A program made the position numbers and the translations under genes. A stretch of DNA of 64,000 nt from Diadema antillarum (Eukaryota), in NCBI RefSeq assembly GCF_040938485.1, contig NW_027271005.1, positions 1-64,000 on the forward strand, given 5' to 3'. Positions 12,380 to 24,217 of the stretch are shown one piece after another. The stretch's first letter is position 1. The number at the start of each line of letters is the position of its first letter. The notes below the pieces were generated by a model, which did no database searches, had not been told where the DNA came from, and saw only the letters and a program-made list of their open reading frames with translations.

Positions 12380-14033
12380 AAGTCTGATCATTCTGTCTTG
12401 CTATGGCACGAATCCTGCTGGACTGTTGAAGTATAATTTCATGTACTCCCTCTACTCTACTTCTTTGCTACTATGGTGTCTCTGATTGGTCCTCACACGA
12501 CTTCAGTGTCCTGCATATTGACAGATTCTCTCCACGTGCCTGGGATAGATAGTCATCTTCATTGTCAAGTTGTGCAGTCAGGGTATCTCTTCTCATGAGG
12601 TTGTGAAGGCAGATACAGGTTTTGATGATAAGTCTGACTGTATCTGGACCTTGCATCATTGTGATGAGAAGTACCTTCCACCGCTGGGCCAATATGCCAA
12701 AAACCATTCTCCACCTTCCCTCCCTGGATATTCTGTAGTTGGTGATTAACTCCTCTTCAGTCAGACTTCTGTGGGAGAATGGCTTCATAACGTAAGTTCT
12801 CAGGCCAAAGGCATCATCTCCTAGCAGGAAGTATGGCATGTCTTGGTCGTCATTCGGCATGGGATCTGGATCTGGAAAGTCAATAGTTCCATCTTCCAAA
12901 CACCCTTTCAACTCTGAGGCATTGTAAATCTGTGCATCTGACATCGATCTGTGGCCACCAACGTCAATCCACACAAACTTTCAGTCTGCATCAACCAAAT
13001 GATTCTATAGTTGGTGATTAGCTCCTCTTCAGTCAGACTTTTGTTGGAGAATGGCTTCATTCGGTAGGTTCTCAGGCCAAAGGCATGTCTTGGTCGTCAT
13101 TCAGCATGGGATCTGGATCTGGGAAGCCAATTTTCCCAGCTTCCAAATACCCCTTCAACTTTGATGCATTGTAAATCTGTGCACCTGACATCGATCTGTG
13201 GCCACCAACATCAATCCACACAAACTTGCAGTCTTCATCCACCAAATGATTCTATAGTTGGTGATTATCTCCTCTTCAGTCAGACCTCTGTTCGAAAATG
13301 GCTTCATCAGGTAGGTTCTCAGACCAAAGGCATAGTCTCCTAGCAGGAAGTATGGCATGTCTTGGTCGTCCTTCGGCATGGGATCTGGAAAGTCAATAGT
13401 TCCATCTTCCAAACACCCCTTCAACTCTGATGCATTGTAAATCTGTGCATCTGACATCGATCCGTGGCCATCAACGTCAGTCCACACAAATTTGTAATCA
13501 GCATCCACCAAAGCCATTAGCACTACAGAAAAGAAACCCTTGTAGCTGGAAAACAAGGAACCTGAGCCGGGCGGCTTTCTAATACCGACATGTTTTCCAT
13601 CAATGGAGGCACAGGCATGTGGGACATTCTACCTCTTCAAGAATTCATCAGCAAGTGGACGCCATTTATCTGGTGTTATCGGACTGGCGATTACTTCATC
13701 TTTCAATACATAGAGAATGGCTTGACAGACTTCAGTTATGAAGACGGAACGGGTGTAGCTGGCAACTCTGAAGTCATACTGGAGGGTTGAATACTTGTCA
13801 CCAGATGCTAAGTGGCGTATCATTGTAGTTAGTTTCAGGCTGAGTTCCAGTGATTTCCTGTAGTTAGTGTCTTTTTTGGTTAATATTGGACCACCTCTAT
13901 TAAGGAGTTCATCAAACATGTCAGGAGGCATTCTCAGGAAATTGAGGAATGACTGCTGATCTTTAATTTTTGTGCTGATAGAAGAATCACCTTGAGTAGT
14001 GCAACACAGCATTGTGTAGTATTTAGTAAGCAA
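12380..14033 (-). pseudogene. PIF/Harbinger transposase (DDE_Tnp_4 / HARBI1-like), degenerate, with an internal tandem triplication
   Basis: FFSVVLMALVDADYKFVW.DV.GHGSMSDAQIYN, PYFLLGDDAFGL...MKPF, NYRISR...FGILAQRW, CICLHNLMR and C-terminal YFNSPAG.VP.Q are all present; multiple stops and frameshifts. Confidence 0.9.
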
Positions 14034-14109
14034 CTAGAGCAATTTGACTGCTTTTAAAAAGCTTGAGAGGGTAAGACTAAAGAGGGGATAAAAAGAATAC
14101 AAATCACCA

Positions 14110-14512
14110 AAAGTGATGTTTACAAATAGTCGCAGCTTGATCTTGAGTTTCTGAGGTGGGTGCGTTTGGAATGTGATTGGCGACTCGTGCCTCGGCTTGA
14201 GCTCGCTTCGTCTTCATTGCTATGCAGAACTTCATAACTAGTCCACGATTGTTCCAGATGGTAGAAATACTTGGGAATGCCAATTGCATGCCCATCTTTT
14301 TTTATTTGTTCTCTGTCGAAGTGCTGGGAACACAATCGGGCACGAACCGTGATCTGGAATTCATCCTGTCTTTGAAGTAACTTCTTCCAAGTCGCACACG
14401 CTGTGGAGCACCCGGAAACTTCACCCACGTCTCATATCCTGGCATATTTCTGTAGATTTTTTCGTTTATTGTCGTGAGACCAACAAATGGCAGCTTTGCA
14501 GTGACAACCCAT
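14110..14512 (-). pseudogene. Second THAP-domain remnant (homologous to 21170-21530)
   Basis: MGCHCKAAIC...(frameshift) W.KF...WKKLLQRQDEF...RLCSQHF...PKYF; nucleotide similarity to 21170-21530 is visible by eye. Confidence 0.6.
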
Positions 14513-15289
14513 AGTCATATTTACAGCAATTTCGCTAGAATGTGTCAAGATGAGTTGTGTTTACATAGTGTTGGGAACTTAGCTAGCTTGGGAGGCATGT
14601 TGGAAATACCAGACAGTTACTCCATGGTTGCAAACAGACAGCACTTTATTCAGAACAACTCTCTTGCTCAGCCATGTTCCTTATGGCTATATCAGTCCAT
14701 GTGTATGACAGTGTGTATGTGTGTATTACCATAGCCTGCTATACAATACTTTGCAGTTGCACATTATTACTCATTATGTGAAGGGCTCCACCTGGAGTCA
14801 CATACATTACATCCCCCTTTGTTTGCAAGGAAACATTCTTTGTCAGTAATCTACAAGGATATAGGATTATCTGTAATGGGAGATGCACAATCAATTCTGA
14901 TGTCATTTCTAAATCAAACACCTGTCTCGACAAGCGCTACATGCCTAACCCATCTCAGTAAGTATTGTCTAGCCTTGTACCAAAACAAACATCTGGTTAT
15001 CTAGAGTACCGTAACATCAACTTGATATTGGCTGAATATCTCTGAAGAATGAAACGCTAGTAACAAACATCCTAACACTTGCCTATCAAATACTTTACCG
15101 GTACTTACAACATAAGATCCTGGGGGCTGCACACAAAACCCTTTTTTTTTGTATCTTGCATCAAAACTTTGCATGTAGCAACATCATCTGTAAGGCATCA
15201 ACGTTGAACTGCCTTTCAAACTACCGTACCCTGGCGAATCAAGCATGAATCTATCAATGCTTCAACATATTTTACACTTTATACAGGAA

Positions 15290-15690
15290 TGAGTGACTTT
15301 CTCATAATATCGTATCCTAAGACACAAATGAGTGGCTTTCTCATTTCTAATGTATGACAACATACTGTATCCCATAACACAAATGAGTGAATTTCTCATT
15401 TCCTATGTGTGACAACATACTGTATCGCATAACACAAATGAATGACTTTCTCATTTCTTTTGTATGACAACATATTGTATCGCATAACACAAATGAGTGA
15501 CTTCCTCATTTCTTTTGTATGACAACATATTGTATTGCATAACACAAATGAATGACTTTCTCATTTCTTATGTATGACAACATACTGTATTGCTTAAAAT
15601 GAGTGAATTTTTCATGATTTCACACAATAACATCATTGTAACACTTGTGGTAAATTTAAACACAAATGAGTCACTTTCTCATTTCTTTGA
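15290..15690. repeat. 55-bp minisatellite with an internal hairpin, 5 full copies plus partial copies
   Basis: ACACAAATGA starts at 15322, 15377, 15432, 15487 and 15542 (55-bp period); each unit carries AAATGA..TCATTT inverted arms. Confidence 0.9.
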
Positions 15691-15879
15691 TGGACTATAA
15701 TACTAGTATCTTGAGATTGCCTACTAATAAAACTTGTACTTAACATAATAGTGTGTGTCAGTGGTCCTCCAGATCTGAATTGCTCACTTGTGTTTATCAA
15801 TCAACGTTCATGCTGTGATATATGTTAAGTTTACAATGGTCAAACTGCATTAGAAACCAAGAGTGTACAACGCTCTCTG

Positions 15880-16135
15880 TTTGGTGTGCTCTGAGTCTGA
15901 CGATTTCGATGCACGTGGTCGATGCAGTCAACGGCTTTGGTTTATCATTTTGCGAAAGTTGCGTCATCTGAATGGCACTGTTTTCAGACACTGCACGCAT
16001 ATCAATACAGTTTTGCAATGTCAATTTCTCAGTTTGCAGTAGTTTCTCGCGGAGACCTTGGTCGCAGATTCCGCAAACGATTCGGTCCCGGAGAGGATCG
16101 TTCTCCAGGTCTCCGTACGTAGTTTACGCAGACGT
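15880..16135 (-). pseudogene. Gypsy gag fragment
   Basis: YGDLENDPLRDRIVCGICDQGLREKLLQTEKLTLQNCIDMRAVSE matches the YG.L....RDRIV.GI.D..LRE.LL...LTL gag motif. Confidence 0.75.
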
Positions 16136-16145
16136 AGTTTACGCA

Positions 16146-16470
16146 CAAACGGGAACTTAGAGTAATAATCTGAGATGATGAGGTAGTCATTTCTGTCAAG
16201 GTGAAACAAATCCGTAGCAAGAATCTGCCACGGATGGGTTGGAATGTCGTGGTTTACCAAGGGTTCCCTTGGCTGCGATCGCTGATTTTCCTGGCATATC
16301 TCGCAATTTCGCACCAGATCATCAATATCGCTGTTGATGTTTGCCCAGTACTCGCAATCCTTCGCTTTTAGCTTTGTTTTGGTTGCTCCTTGATGGCCTT
16401 CATGCAGCTTAGACAGCGTGTATGTGTGCATTGCATTCAGTATTATGACACGATTTCCTTTCATGATCAT
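16146..16470 (-). pseudogene. Gypsy integrase zinc-binding (H2C2) domain and start of the core domain
   Basis: LHEGHQG..KTK..A....YW..INSDI..LVRNCEICQ...PLVNHDIPTHPWQILATDLF...YLIISDYYSKFP. Confidence 0.9.
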
Positions 16471-16489
16471 GCCATCTTCGATCGCTTAC

Positions 16490-16900
16490 TCATCACGAAA
16501 TGACCTGTATGGTCCGAGATCGGGTGGTAATTCGCTTCGCTTTTCTATGGGAGAAACGACTTGAGAGGCAACAAAACAGCCAGAAGTTCCCTGTAATTCG
16601 AGGACCGACAGGAAATGGCATAACTCCAGTCGCCCCTCGCGTGTCGATGTCCTAAAACTGCCCCCCATGCGAGGTGTGAGGCATTCGTGATAATCTGGGC
16701 GGATACTGGTCGATGACATATCGACTTGCTGTTTCAAAATTGAACCACATTCTGCCACCAGGTCAAGTCCTCTCGTGTCTCACTATCGAAAAATAAAATC
16801 GTCTCCCAAGTAGATCTCGTCAAGAGTAAGCGATACACTCCATGTAATAACAGTTTCGCAGGATCTACACACCAGGCAATAGAAATGCATTGACCAGCAA
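16490..16900 (-). pseudogene. DIRS-type reverse transcriptase tether / RNase H fragment
   Basis: EDLTWW...ITNASHLAWGAVLG..ARGDW...SNYRELLAVLL.LKSFL..ISDH resembles the DIRS RNase H motif TDAS..GWGA..G.W..IN.LEL.A; contains stops. Confidence 0.7.
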
Positions 16901-17059
16901 TGCAGGCCAATGACCGAGCCGTGATGTATGGTTTAGTCAAGGCGCGGGATTCAACACTTCCGTGTACATCTTGCGTGCGCGAATGTTTTCTATCCTCTGC
17001 ATGCATGCATTGCAGTATACAATTACTGTATATCAGTATAGTTTCTAGTCTCGCTTGCG

Positions 17060-18520
17060 CCATGGCGACGATCCCGAATTATGACTTGTTTCTCTGGCAA
17101 ATAATAATTGTTGTTGTCATCGTACATACTCGCATGACCAGCATACGATTGCTGAACAAGCTATGTTTGCAATTCAGGCAAAAATTAAGGAGAAAGCGGT
17201 TTTTATTCGATTTGGAAACCAGGAGGAATCGCCGTCGCTGTTGGTTATTAACTTCGATCTCCATCACTGACACTGACAGATGAGAGGCTCGTGTGATTAT
17301 TGTCGGGTGCTTGTGCAGCTGCAATTGTTTCTTGGCCTGTTTGGGATGTAGCACTGCCACTGGCACTCCTACTAGTGCCACTGGCACTGGTGGCTGAGGC
17401 TGAGCCCGATGGCGATGCATAGCCAAAGCCAGAGCTAGAACTTACAATGTTTTTAGGTTCTGTGGCGGCTGTTTGTCCCCAGATAGCAAAGCACAGGTCA
17501 TAGAAGTCCATTTCTTGTCGATTTTGGCCACTTGTCTTGTTTGCAAATTTGACTGACATGAACTTTTTTTTTCAGATTTTTGAGTTTGGCTTTCACCTGT
17601 GTGGCCGTTCTTTCGTGGCCTTGCTCATTCAAAAGAACTGATATTTTTTCTAGTGCCGGTGCATCACTGCACTTACCGTTAATCTGTCTGTCAATCTCTT
17701 TGTCACTGCGAATTACCAAAAGTAAGTGTATCTCATCGTTGCTCCAATTTTGACAGTTACCTTGTGTTCTCGGCATACTCTCAAATATATTCTCTGCTGT
17801 TCAGCTATAATAATTATGAATGTAGAATGGATGGATGGATAAATATAAATGTCAGGGAAAACTAAAGGAATAAAGTACAAACTGTTACCGGTACGTAGAT
17901 ATCGAGGTCGATTTGCTGCTGTATAAATGTGCACTTGTGCCTGTGTACGTGTGTTTTATGCGCTCGTTGTATGTAGTAAAATTATGCAGCTCGCAGCGGA
18001 AGTGTTGTGTGCTTGCCCTCGATCAAAAAGGTGAACAGATTTTTAATAGTAAAATTCCTTATGTACTCAATCCAATTACATTTGCACAAGAATAATTATT
18101 TTTATACATACTACCAGTTTTACTCACATTTTTAATCGCATGATACAAATTTTTTTTAAAGTTTTATTCAATATCATATTAGGCAATTTGGCCATCTATT
18201 GTTCAGCAAACGTTGCATGCACGCATGTGAAGCCCTAACAGCAGATCAGCTGAGCTGAGCACTTTGACAATTTGTCGTTCGATGAAAACTTCATTGTTTA
18301 CATTTTCGTGAGCCTGCGTGCATGCGGGAAAGACAGGTGACCTTTTGACTGCACCCCGGCAATTATCCGCATAACTTTGGATTTGCGTTCACAAACTCCA
18401 AATCTGGTCCCGATGCTGCTATTATGCGGATAATAGAAGCGTCGAAAAAAAGCAGATAACTCTTGCCCCGCTCCAAAATTATGCAGATATTATCCGCATA
18501 ATTGAGTTTATGAAAGGGGT
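17060..18520 (-). mobile_element. Internally deleted Harbinger-type element with a Myb/SANT (trihelix) DNA-binding ORF (17248-17776, frameshift in an A-run near 17570)
   Basis: NWSNDEIHLLL.IR..EI..QI.G..A.EKIS..L.EQGHERTATQVKAKLKNLKK, then FM.VK.ANKTSG.NR..MDFYD..AIWG. The right end has repeated ATTATGCGGATAAT motifs and terminates in TTTATGAAAGGGGT; the left terminus was not found. Confidence 0.7.
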
Positions 18521-18523
18521 ATT

Positions 18524-18570
18524 AAATCAACATCCGGGTACTTTTTATGTATTGGCATTAGGGAGAATTC
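18524..18570. repeat. Solo, diverged right terminal inverted repeat of the 20586-21763 family
   Basis: AAATCAACATCCGGGTACTTTTTATGTATTGGCATTAGGGAG|AATT versus AAATCAACATCCGGGTACTTTTTACGTCATTGGCGATAGCGAG|AATT at 21721-21767. Confidence 0.8.
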
Positions 18571-18590
18571 TATTTACCCTTTTACAACAT

Positions 18591-18900
18591 TTACTGCCAA
18601 AGCTCCAGTACATGTAAATCAATGGTGGGAACCTGCTGAATGATATCCAACATGATGTCATAAAAAAAACCAGAGCCATTTGTAAAGCTGCCTGTCATAT
18701 GGAAGGCAACTGTCAGCTTCCAGCAACTTGTGATGCCACCCAACATGAAAACTAGGACATGATCCTTATTCACATTGTGTTCAGGAAGAGTTACATTTGC
18801 TGACAAATCACCACTTGGTAGATCAAATTCTACCCTTGACGTCACCAACCTTTCGTCTGGAGTAAGGCAACACACAAGTTCCTTGCAACTGATTGATAGA
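18591..18900 (-). pseudogene. P-element/THAP9-like transposase fragment
   Basis: CCLTPDE..V..RVEFD..SG..SANVTLP....DHVLVFMLGGITSCWKLTVAFHMTGS matches the C.L.xDEM...HALVFM..G+..RWKQ.VAY motif. Confidence 0.7.
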
Positions 18901-18964
18901 ATGCCCTACATTGTAAATAAGCACTGAATTGATCAGTGTCTTAGTAGAAGCCAATGATAAAAAA

Positions 18965-19045
18965 TCATGGGCATACTGGAGCAGGATTCGAACCTACGAA
19001 ATCCTGATCTCCGGACTGGCGCCATCTCGATGTTGGGCCATCTCG
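18965..19045 (-). mobile_element. tRNA-derived SINE head fragment
   Basis: B-box GGTTCGAATCC on the minus strand; no complete cloverleaf. Confidence 0.4.
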
Positions 19046-19574
19046 ATGTTGGGCAATTTGGCAATCAGTTGCAATGAAAACAACTCAACGGAAGAATTTT
19101 ATGAATTTGAACAGATGTTCCATTTGCATACCTTTCCTTTTTATTCGGAGAAAGTCAAATGCCTGTGCCAGTATGCAGGTTATTTTCTCAAATTCAGGTT
19201 TTGCATTTATCTCGTGAGCCCTGATCACGACATAAATGTACAAGTAAAAAAATACAAAACGCAAACAATCAAACTACAGTAGATGTACTGGCAGACAAAA
19301 GTAAGCTCTTGCAAAATGTTTTATTACAAGGTTCAAGTATTCAAATTGTTTTGTGTACATGTGTCCATCATGAATGATTTTCAAGCGACCTTTATTTGAT
19401 GCAATGACTTCCATGTTATTTTCCTTCCTCTGTATCAGTTTGAAATCACCTGACGGTGAATTGATTGCATGCAGTAATGATCTCCGATTACATTTAGAGG
19501 GGCATTTTCGTGTCTTTGTAGGCCTACACGTTTGCGTTTACTGATATCGGGGGGGGGGGGGGGGGGGGGGACTG

Positions 19575-20030
19575 AAGGTGAAGCCAATCCTGCCCCCTCT
19601 GGATCATCATACTGAAGTTCCAGTTCCAGCATATTAAGGGCACTTGATGGGGAGTGCCCATTCCAGAACAGTTCTTCAAGTTTTTCAGCTGTTGTTGACT
19701 TTACATCTCTGAACTTTAGCGCTGCTGGGATGGAAATGGCATACTGAAGTTCCAGTTCTAGCATATTAAGGGCACTTGATGGGGAGTGCCCACTTCTGAA
19801 CAGTTCTTCAAGTTTTTCACCTGTTGTTGACTTCACATCTCTGATCTTTAGTGCTGCTGGGATGGAAATGGCATACTGAAGTTCCAGTTCCAGCATATTA
19901 AGGGCGCTTGATGGGGAGTGCCCATTCCTGAACAGTTCTTCTAAGTTTTTCAGCTGTTGTTGACTTCACATCTCTGAACTTTAGTGCTGCTGGGATGGAA
20001 ATGGCATGATTGTGATGCCAGACCAATCTC
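19575..20030 (-). pseudogene. MULE/SWIM-associated transposase-like fragment with an in-frame 132-bp triplication
   Basis: VWHHNHAISIPAALKFRDV...GHSPSSAL contains the HNH end of a WRKY/GCM1-like finger; unit starts at 19611, 19743 and 19875. The superfamily call is tentative. Confidence 0.5.
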
Positions 20031-20585
20031 ACCCTAGTGGGATGAGTCCTCAAATGGGGATCAGAGCTTCTATAGTAGTAGAAAATAAATGGGATGAATA
20101 CAAATATATATGTTTATTTTATTCCATAATATATACACTAATAGGGGTCTAAAGGTCCTCAAGGGTAGAAACTGCAACCTAACTAAACAATGTGATAACA
20201 CACAATCCTCGAGTAAATGCTATTCATAAAGCAGTTTGAGGAAAGAAAGGTAAGCACACTAATAATGGAAATTTAACGGAGTTTGATGACAGATATTGCA
20301 TATATTGAATACACAATAATTTTTTTTGCACTTTCACAGAATATTACACTACTAAACAAGACAAATTGCTTAATACCATTCACTTATGTATCAATGAAAT
20401 TTCATTAATTGGAAAAATGCTATCTGCTCATCCTCCCTCGAGACATCGTTGATCTCTGCACAGTAATATGAAGACTGGAGCAGCACCCCATGTCTTTGCT
20501 GTGTCAAGATGTTCCTTCTTTGAGTTTTCTTTGCTGTCCATGATGACATCTGTAGGCCTAGTCTTCTATAAAAGAAATTGTAATT

Positions 20586-21763
20586 CTCGCTATCGCCAAT
20601 GACGTAAAAAGTACCCGGATGTGGCTTTTTCGTCAAGATTTAGTGCACTTGGTAGCAAGGGCACTTCCGGCGCGGGGCATAATTTGCACAACGCTAGCGT
20701 GCGCGTACGTGTACCTTACCTATAGCGCAGCGCCGACCACGGATAGTAGTACAGTAGCTTGTAGGCCGCTGCATGTGTACCGCCCGAGCCAGCGAGTGGC
20801 GCTGGCCAGGCCTGTCATACTCGTACACTGTAGTCCCCGCCGGTGGCCGGCCTTGCATTAGCATGCACCATAGACAGAAAGATCCGTCTGTCCGGAGGAC
20901 TCTTTTATATTTTGCCAGTTGACGGAGGGGATCGGTGAAGCCAGACGCAGTCTCCGCGGAACATTCCCCGACGGACAGATACAGACCGATATTTTGGTCA
21001 ACATGCACCACTGCACGCAGCGCATAAGCTAATTACATTGTACATAACACATACCGGTACGGCGTACTGCTTGATCATGCGATCGATGTGCACATCACAG
21101 ATCAGTCATCTCTGCATACGCTGAAAATATGCTGGAAAATATTCACCCACCTGGATATACAGTATATCGTCATGGAATGCCCATCTTTTTTTTTTCATTT
21201 GTTCTCTGTCGAAATGTCGCGAACACAATCGGGAACGAACAGTGATCTCGAACTTATCCTGTCTCCGAAGCAATTTCTTCCAAGTACTGTAAGTACGTAC
21301 AATGAAGCGTAGGCACTAGGCCTACTACCTAGTGCTACTATAATACATGTACTACCACTACTAGTAAGTCGCGCGTGCACGTACTGCGCTGTGGAGTCAC
21401 CCGCAAACTTCACCCACGCGGCCACGTCACGTCTCGCATGCCAGTAAGGGTCCTATATCTGCAGATTTTTTTCATTTATTGTCGTGCGAACAACACATGG
21501 CAGCTTCGCAGCAACAACCAATAGTCGTATTAACAGCAATTTCTTAAGAATGGAGAAATTTCAAATCATATTAAAGCTGTAATTCAAGTCGAGAAAACCG
21601 GAAGTACACGTAGAATACAGTCGGTTGTGTGTGTAAATAGCATTAGTCACGTATCACGCGCGTACGAACGGAAGTGACTTTGCTACCGGACTATCCCATA
21701 ATGCACCGTAAATGACGCTTAAATCAACATCCGGGTACTTTTTACGTCATTGGCGATAGCGAG
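20586..21763. mobile_element. Non-autonomous TIR element with perfect 37-bp TIRs and AATT flanks (Sola1-like target), carrying a THAP remnant (21170-21530, -)
   Basis: CTCGCTATCGCCAATGACGTAAAAAGTACCCGGATGT (20586-20622) is the exact reverse complement of 21727-21763; AATT lies on both sides. Confidence 0.85.
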
Positions 21764-23352
21764 AATTGGACATCCACATAAACAACATAATGCCTAAATG
21801 GAAGGAGAATGTCTGTCATAAGTACAGAGCTGCAACAACAACAAAAAAAAATAAGCCAAAAGATCTACAATTTTGTTTCTTGTGGGTTAATTGCAAACAT
21901 TATTTTTATTATCATGCTAACACTGAGTTCATTCATTGAGTCAAACTTAGGGGCAAAATGTAAAAATAATTTTGACTACATTATGAAAACCAGATTAATG
22001 TCAGTCTACACTGTATCGTAGTAGATTCAACACGATACCACAACAATGACAGGAAGGATTTTGTTTACTGATGGATGGAATATCAATTGATGCATAGTCA
22101 TCCACTTTTATAATCATGACAGACATTATACCGTGTGTCTCAAAGAAAGGCTATACACTTTTGAAATGCCCACCAAATAGAAAAAAATATACAATTCTGG
22201 CAGAAAGGTTTATATGTATGGATAGCTTATGAAAATTAGGTTGCACAGGAATTAGCCTTCCAATTTTGTGGGAGGTGAGTCCGTTGGAGCTTACAAAACT
22301 GAAGTTGATGTGATAAATTCATGATCAATTTCAATCTGTGGGAGAAGATTTATTTGTAAGGATAGTTACAATATGGTTTTATCTTTCATATGACACCAAA
22401 GTCAGAAAATGTTTCATGCATGGGTGAGCACTGTTCACTTTTGTAATGGATATGGAAATTAGGTTGCACAGGAGTGGGCCTTCCAATTTGTGGGAGGAAA
22501 TTCCTTTCTGAGATTATGGAATTATGATCAACTGTGATGAGTTTGGGTTTGCCGAGTGAAATTTGTGGTTTATGGGATTAACAGTTGATGCATGAGTGAA
22601 CATTAATAAACTTTATTATTGAAGCATTGCAACTTTCCCTTGTAGACTCAGTGTTGTGTCCATGGGGGTCGACAAGATGGGCAGATAGTGGTCAGGAGGA
22701 CAAGTATGCACCCCCCCCCCCCCCTTATTTCACTCTGTCTTCATGAGTGTGCCCGTGCATAATCTTAGCAATACATGTTCTTTGCCCTCCACTCCAAAAT
22801 ATCCGCAGACCACCTTCTCTTATCCCGAGTTCTTCCTACATTTTCCAAATTGGACTGGTTGCTATTACCCACAGATACCTGAAACCAATTCAATCAATCA
22901 GTCAATTTATCAAAACATGAAATCAGACAATAAACATTCAGCTTTCAATCACTTGATCAACAATGCATCACTCAATCAGTTAATCAGCTATCAATCAAGT
23001 ATTCAGTCACCATTCAGCTATTTCAATCAATTAATCATGCATAATCAAACTCATTCAATCACTCAATCAACCAACCCAACAGTCAGTTAAGCAGCTCAGT
23101 TCGCACATTTAATACAGTACAGTGTAACACAAATGTGTAACATGAACATGTATGTCTTTCTTTTCAGTTGATATTTATTTTAATTTTACAACTGTATCAT
23201 CCATCTTGTAAAAAAAAGAAAAAAAAAAGAATCCAAAAATCAAAGTCTGCCAGTTCACTGAGTTCAGTGGTCCACATGTCCACCTCCTCTTTCAATGCAC
23301 AATTGTGCTCTCTTCGTCATGTCCGCACAGCTCTCCTGACCGTTGCTCTGTC

Positions 23353-24217
23353 TCACCTAAGCTCATCCATCTCGTGGGCGATTCTTCTTCTGATTTCGTC
23401 CAAGTTGGCTGGAGGGGTAGTGTACGCCTTTGCCTTCAGATATCCCCACAGGAAAAAATCCAGAGGCGTAAGGTCGGGGGAAGGCGGGGGCCATTCAACA
23501 TCTCGATGCAAAGAGACAACCTGATCACCAAAAAGCTGGTTGAGACGCTCTGTCATTGCTCCCGAACGATGACGAGGAGCTCCAACTTGTGCCCACCATA
23601 CACGCTGAAAGCGACCATTTCGACGACGGCGGTATCTTGGAATCCTGTCAAGGGCAGGGACAACTTCCTCATCTATCATCTGGACATAGGCAGCTCCGGT
23701 AACGTTGATGTCAAAGAAAACAGGTCCGATGATGTCTCCATTCCCTGTGAGGACGGCCTAAACAGTCACCTTAGATCTGCTATCACTGCGTTTGTACTGA
23801 AACTCGTCAGGAGGGTGTCCCTGTTCTTGATATGCCCTCAGGTTGTGGGTATTCACTTGGGCATTCAAGGCAAAGCCAGACTCATCTCCAATGAGGAAGT
23901 CATCTAGGAAGCGGGCAGGTCTTTGAAACAGCCACTGACAAAACCTTAATCGGCGCTGGTGATCACCATGAAGCAGTTCATGCCGCTTGATCATCTGATA
24001 GGGATGAAATGTCAAGTCCAGTCGAGTGATCCTGTTGAAGGTTGCATTTGTCCAGAATCCCTATTCCATTACGACGATTGCTAATGGTTCCATTCTGGTG
24101 ATCTTCAAGAGCTTGGCGTACAGCTGCGATGTTTTCCGCCGATCTTCCAGTTCTTCTGCGCCCAGATCTTCCTTGATTGTGGTTATGACTGGACCCTGTT
24201 TCCTGATATTTCCTCAT
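23353..24217 (-). pseudogene. DD41D (rosa-type) Tc1/mariner transposase, frameshifted
   Basis: IGDESGFALNAQVNTHNLRAY; Q(V)GAPRH (QDGAP with GAT>GTT); WPPPSPDLTPLDFFLWGYLK; 41 residues between the second and third acidic positions. Confidence 0.85.

Noticed and set aside
15290-15690. Regularly spaced palindromic repeats that superficially resemble a CRISPR array
   Set aside because: The intervening sequences are also near-identical between units (a true tandem repeat), the context is eukaryotic, and no cas genes are present.
18965-19045. tRNA gene
   Set aside because: Only a B-box/T-arm is recognisable, with no acceptor stem or anticodon arm; better explained as a SINE head.
23305-23907. 200-aa ORF on the + strand
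   Set aside because: Antisense shadow of the mariner transposase; no independent motifs.
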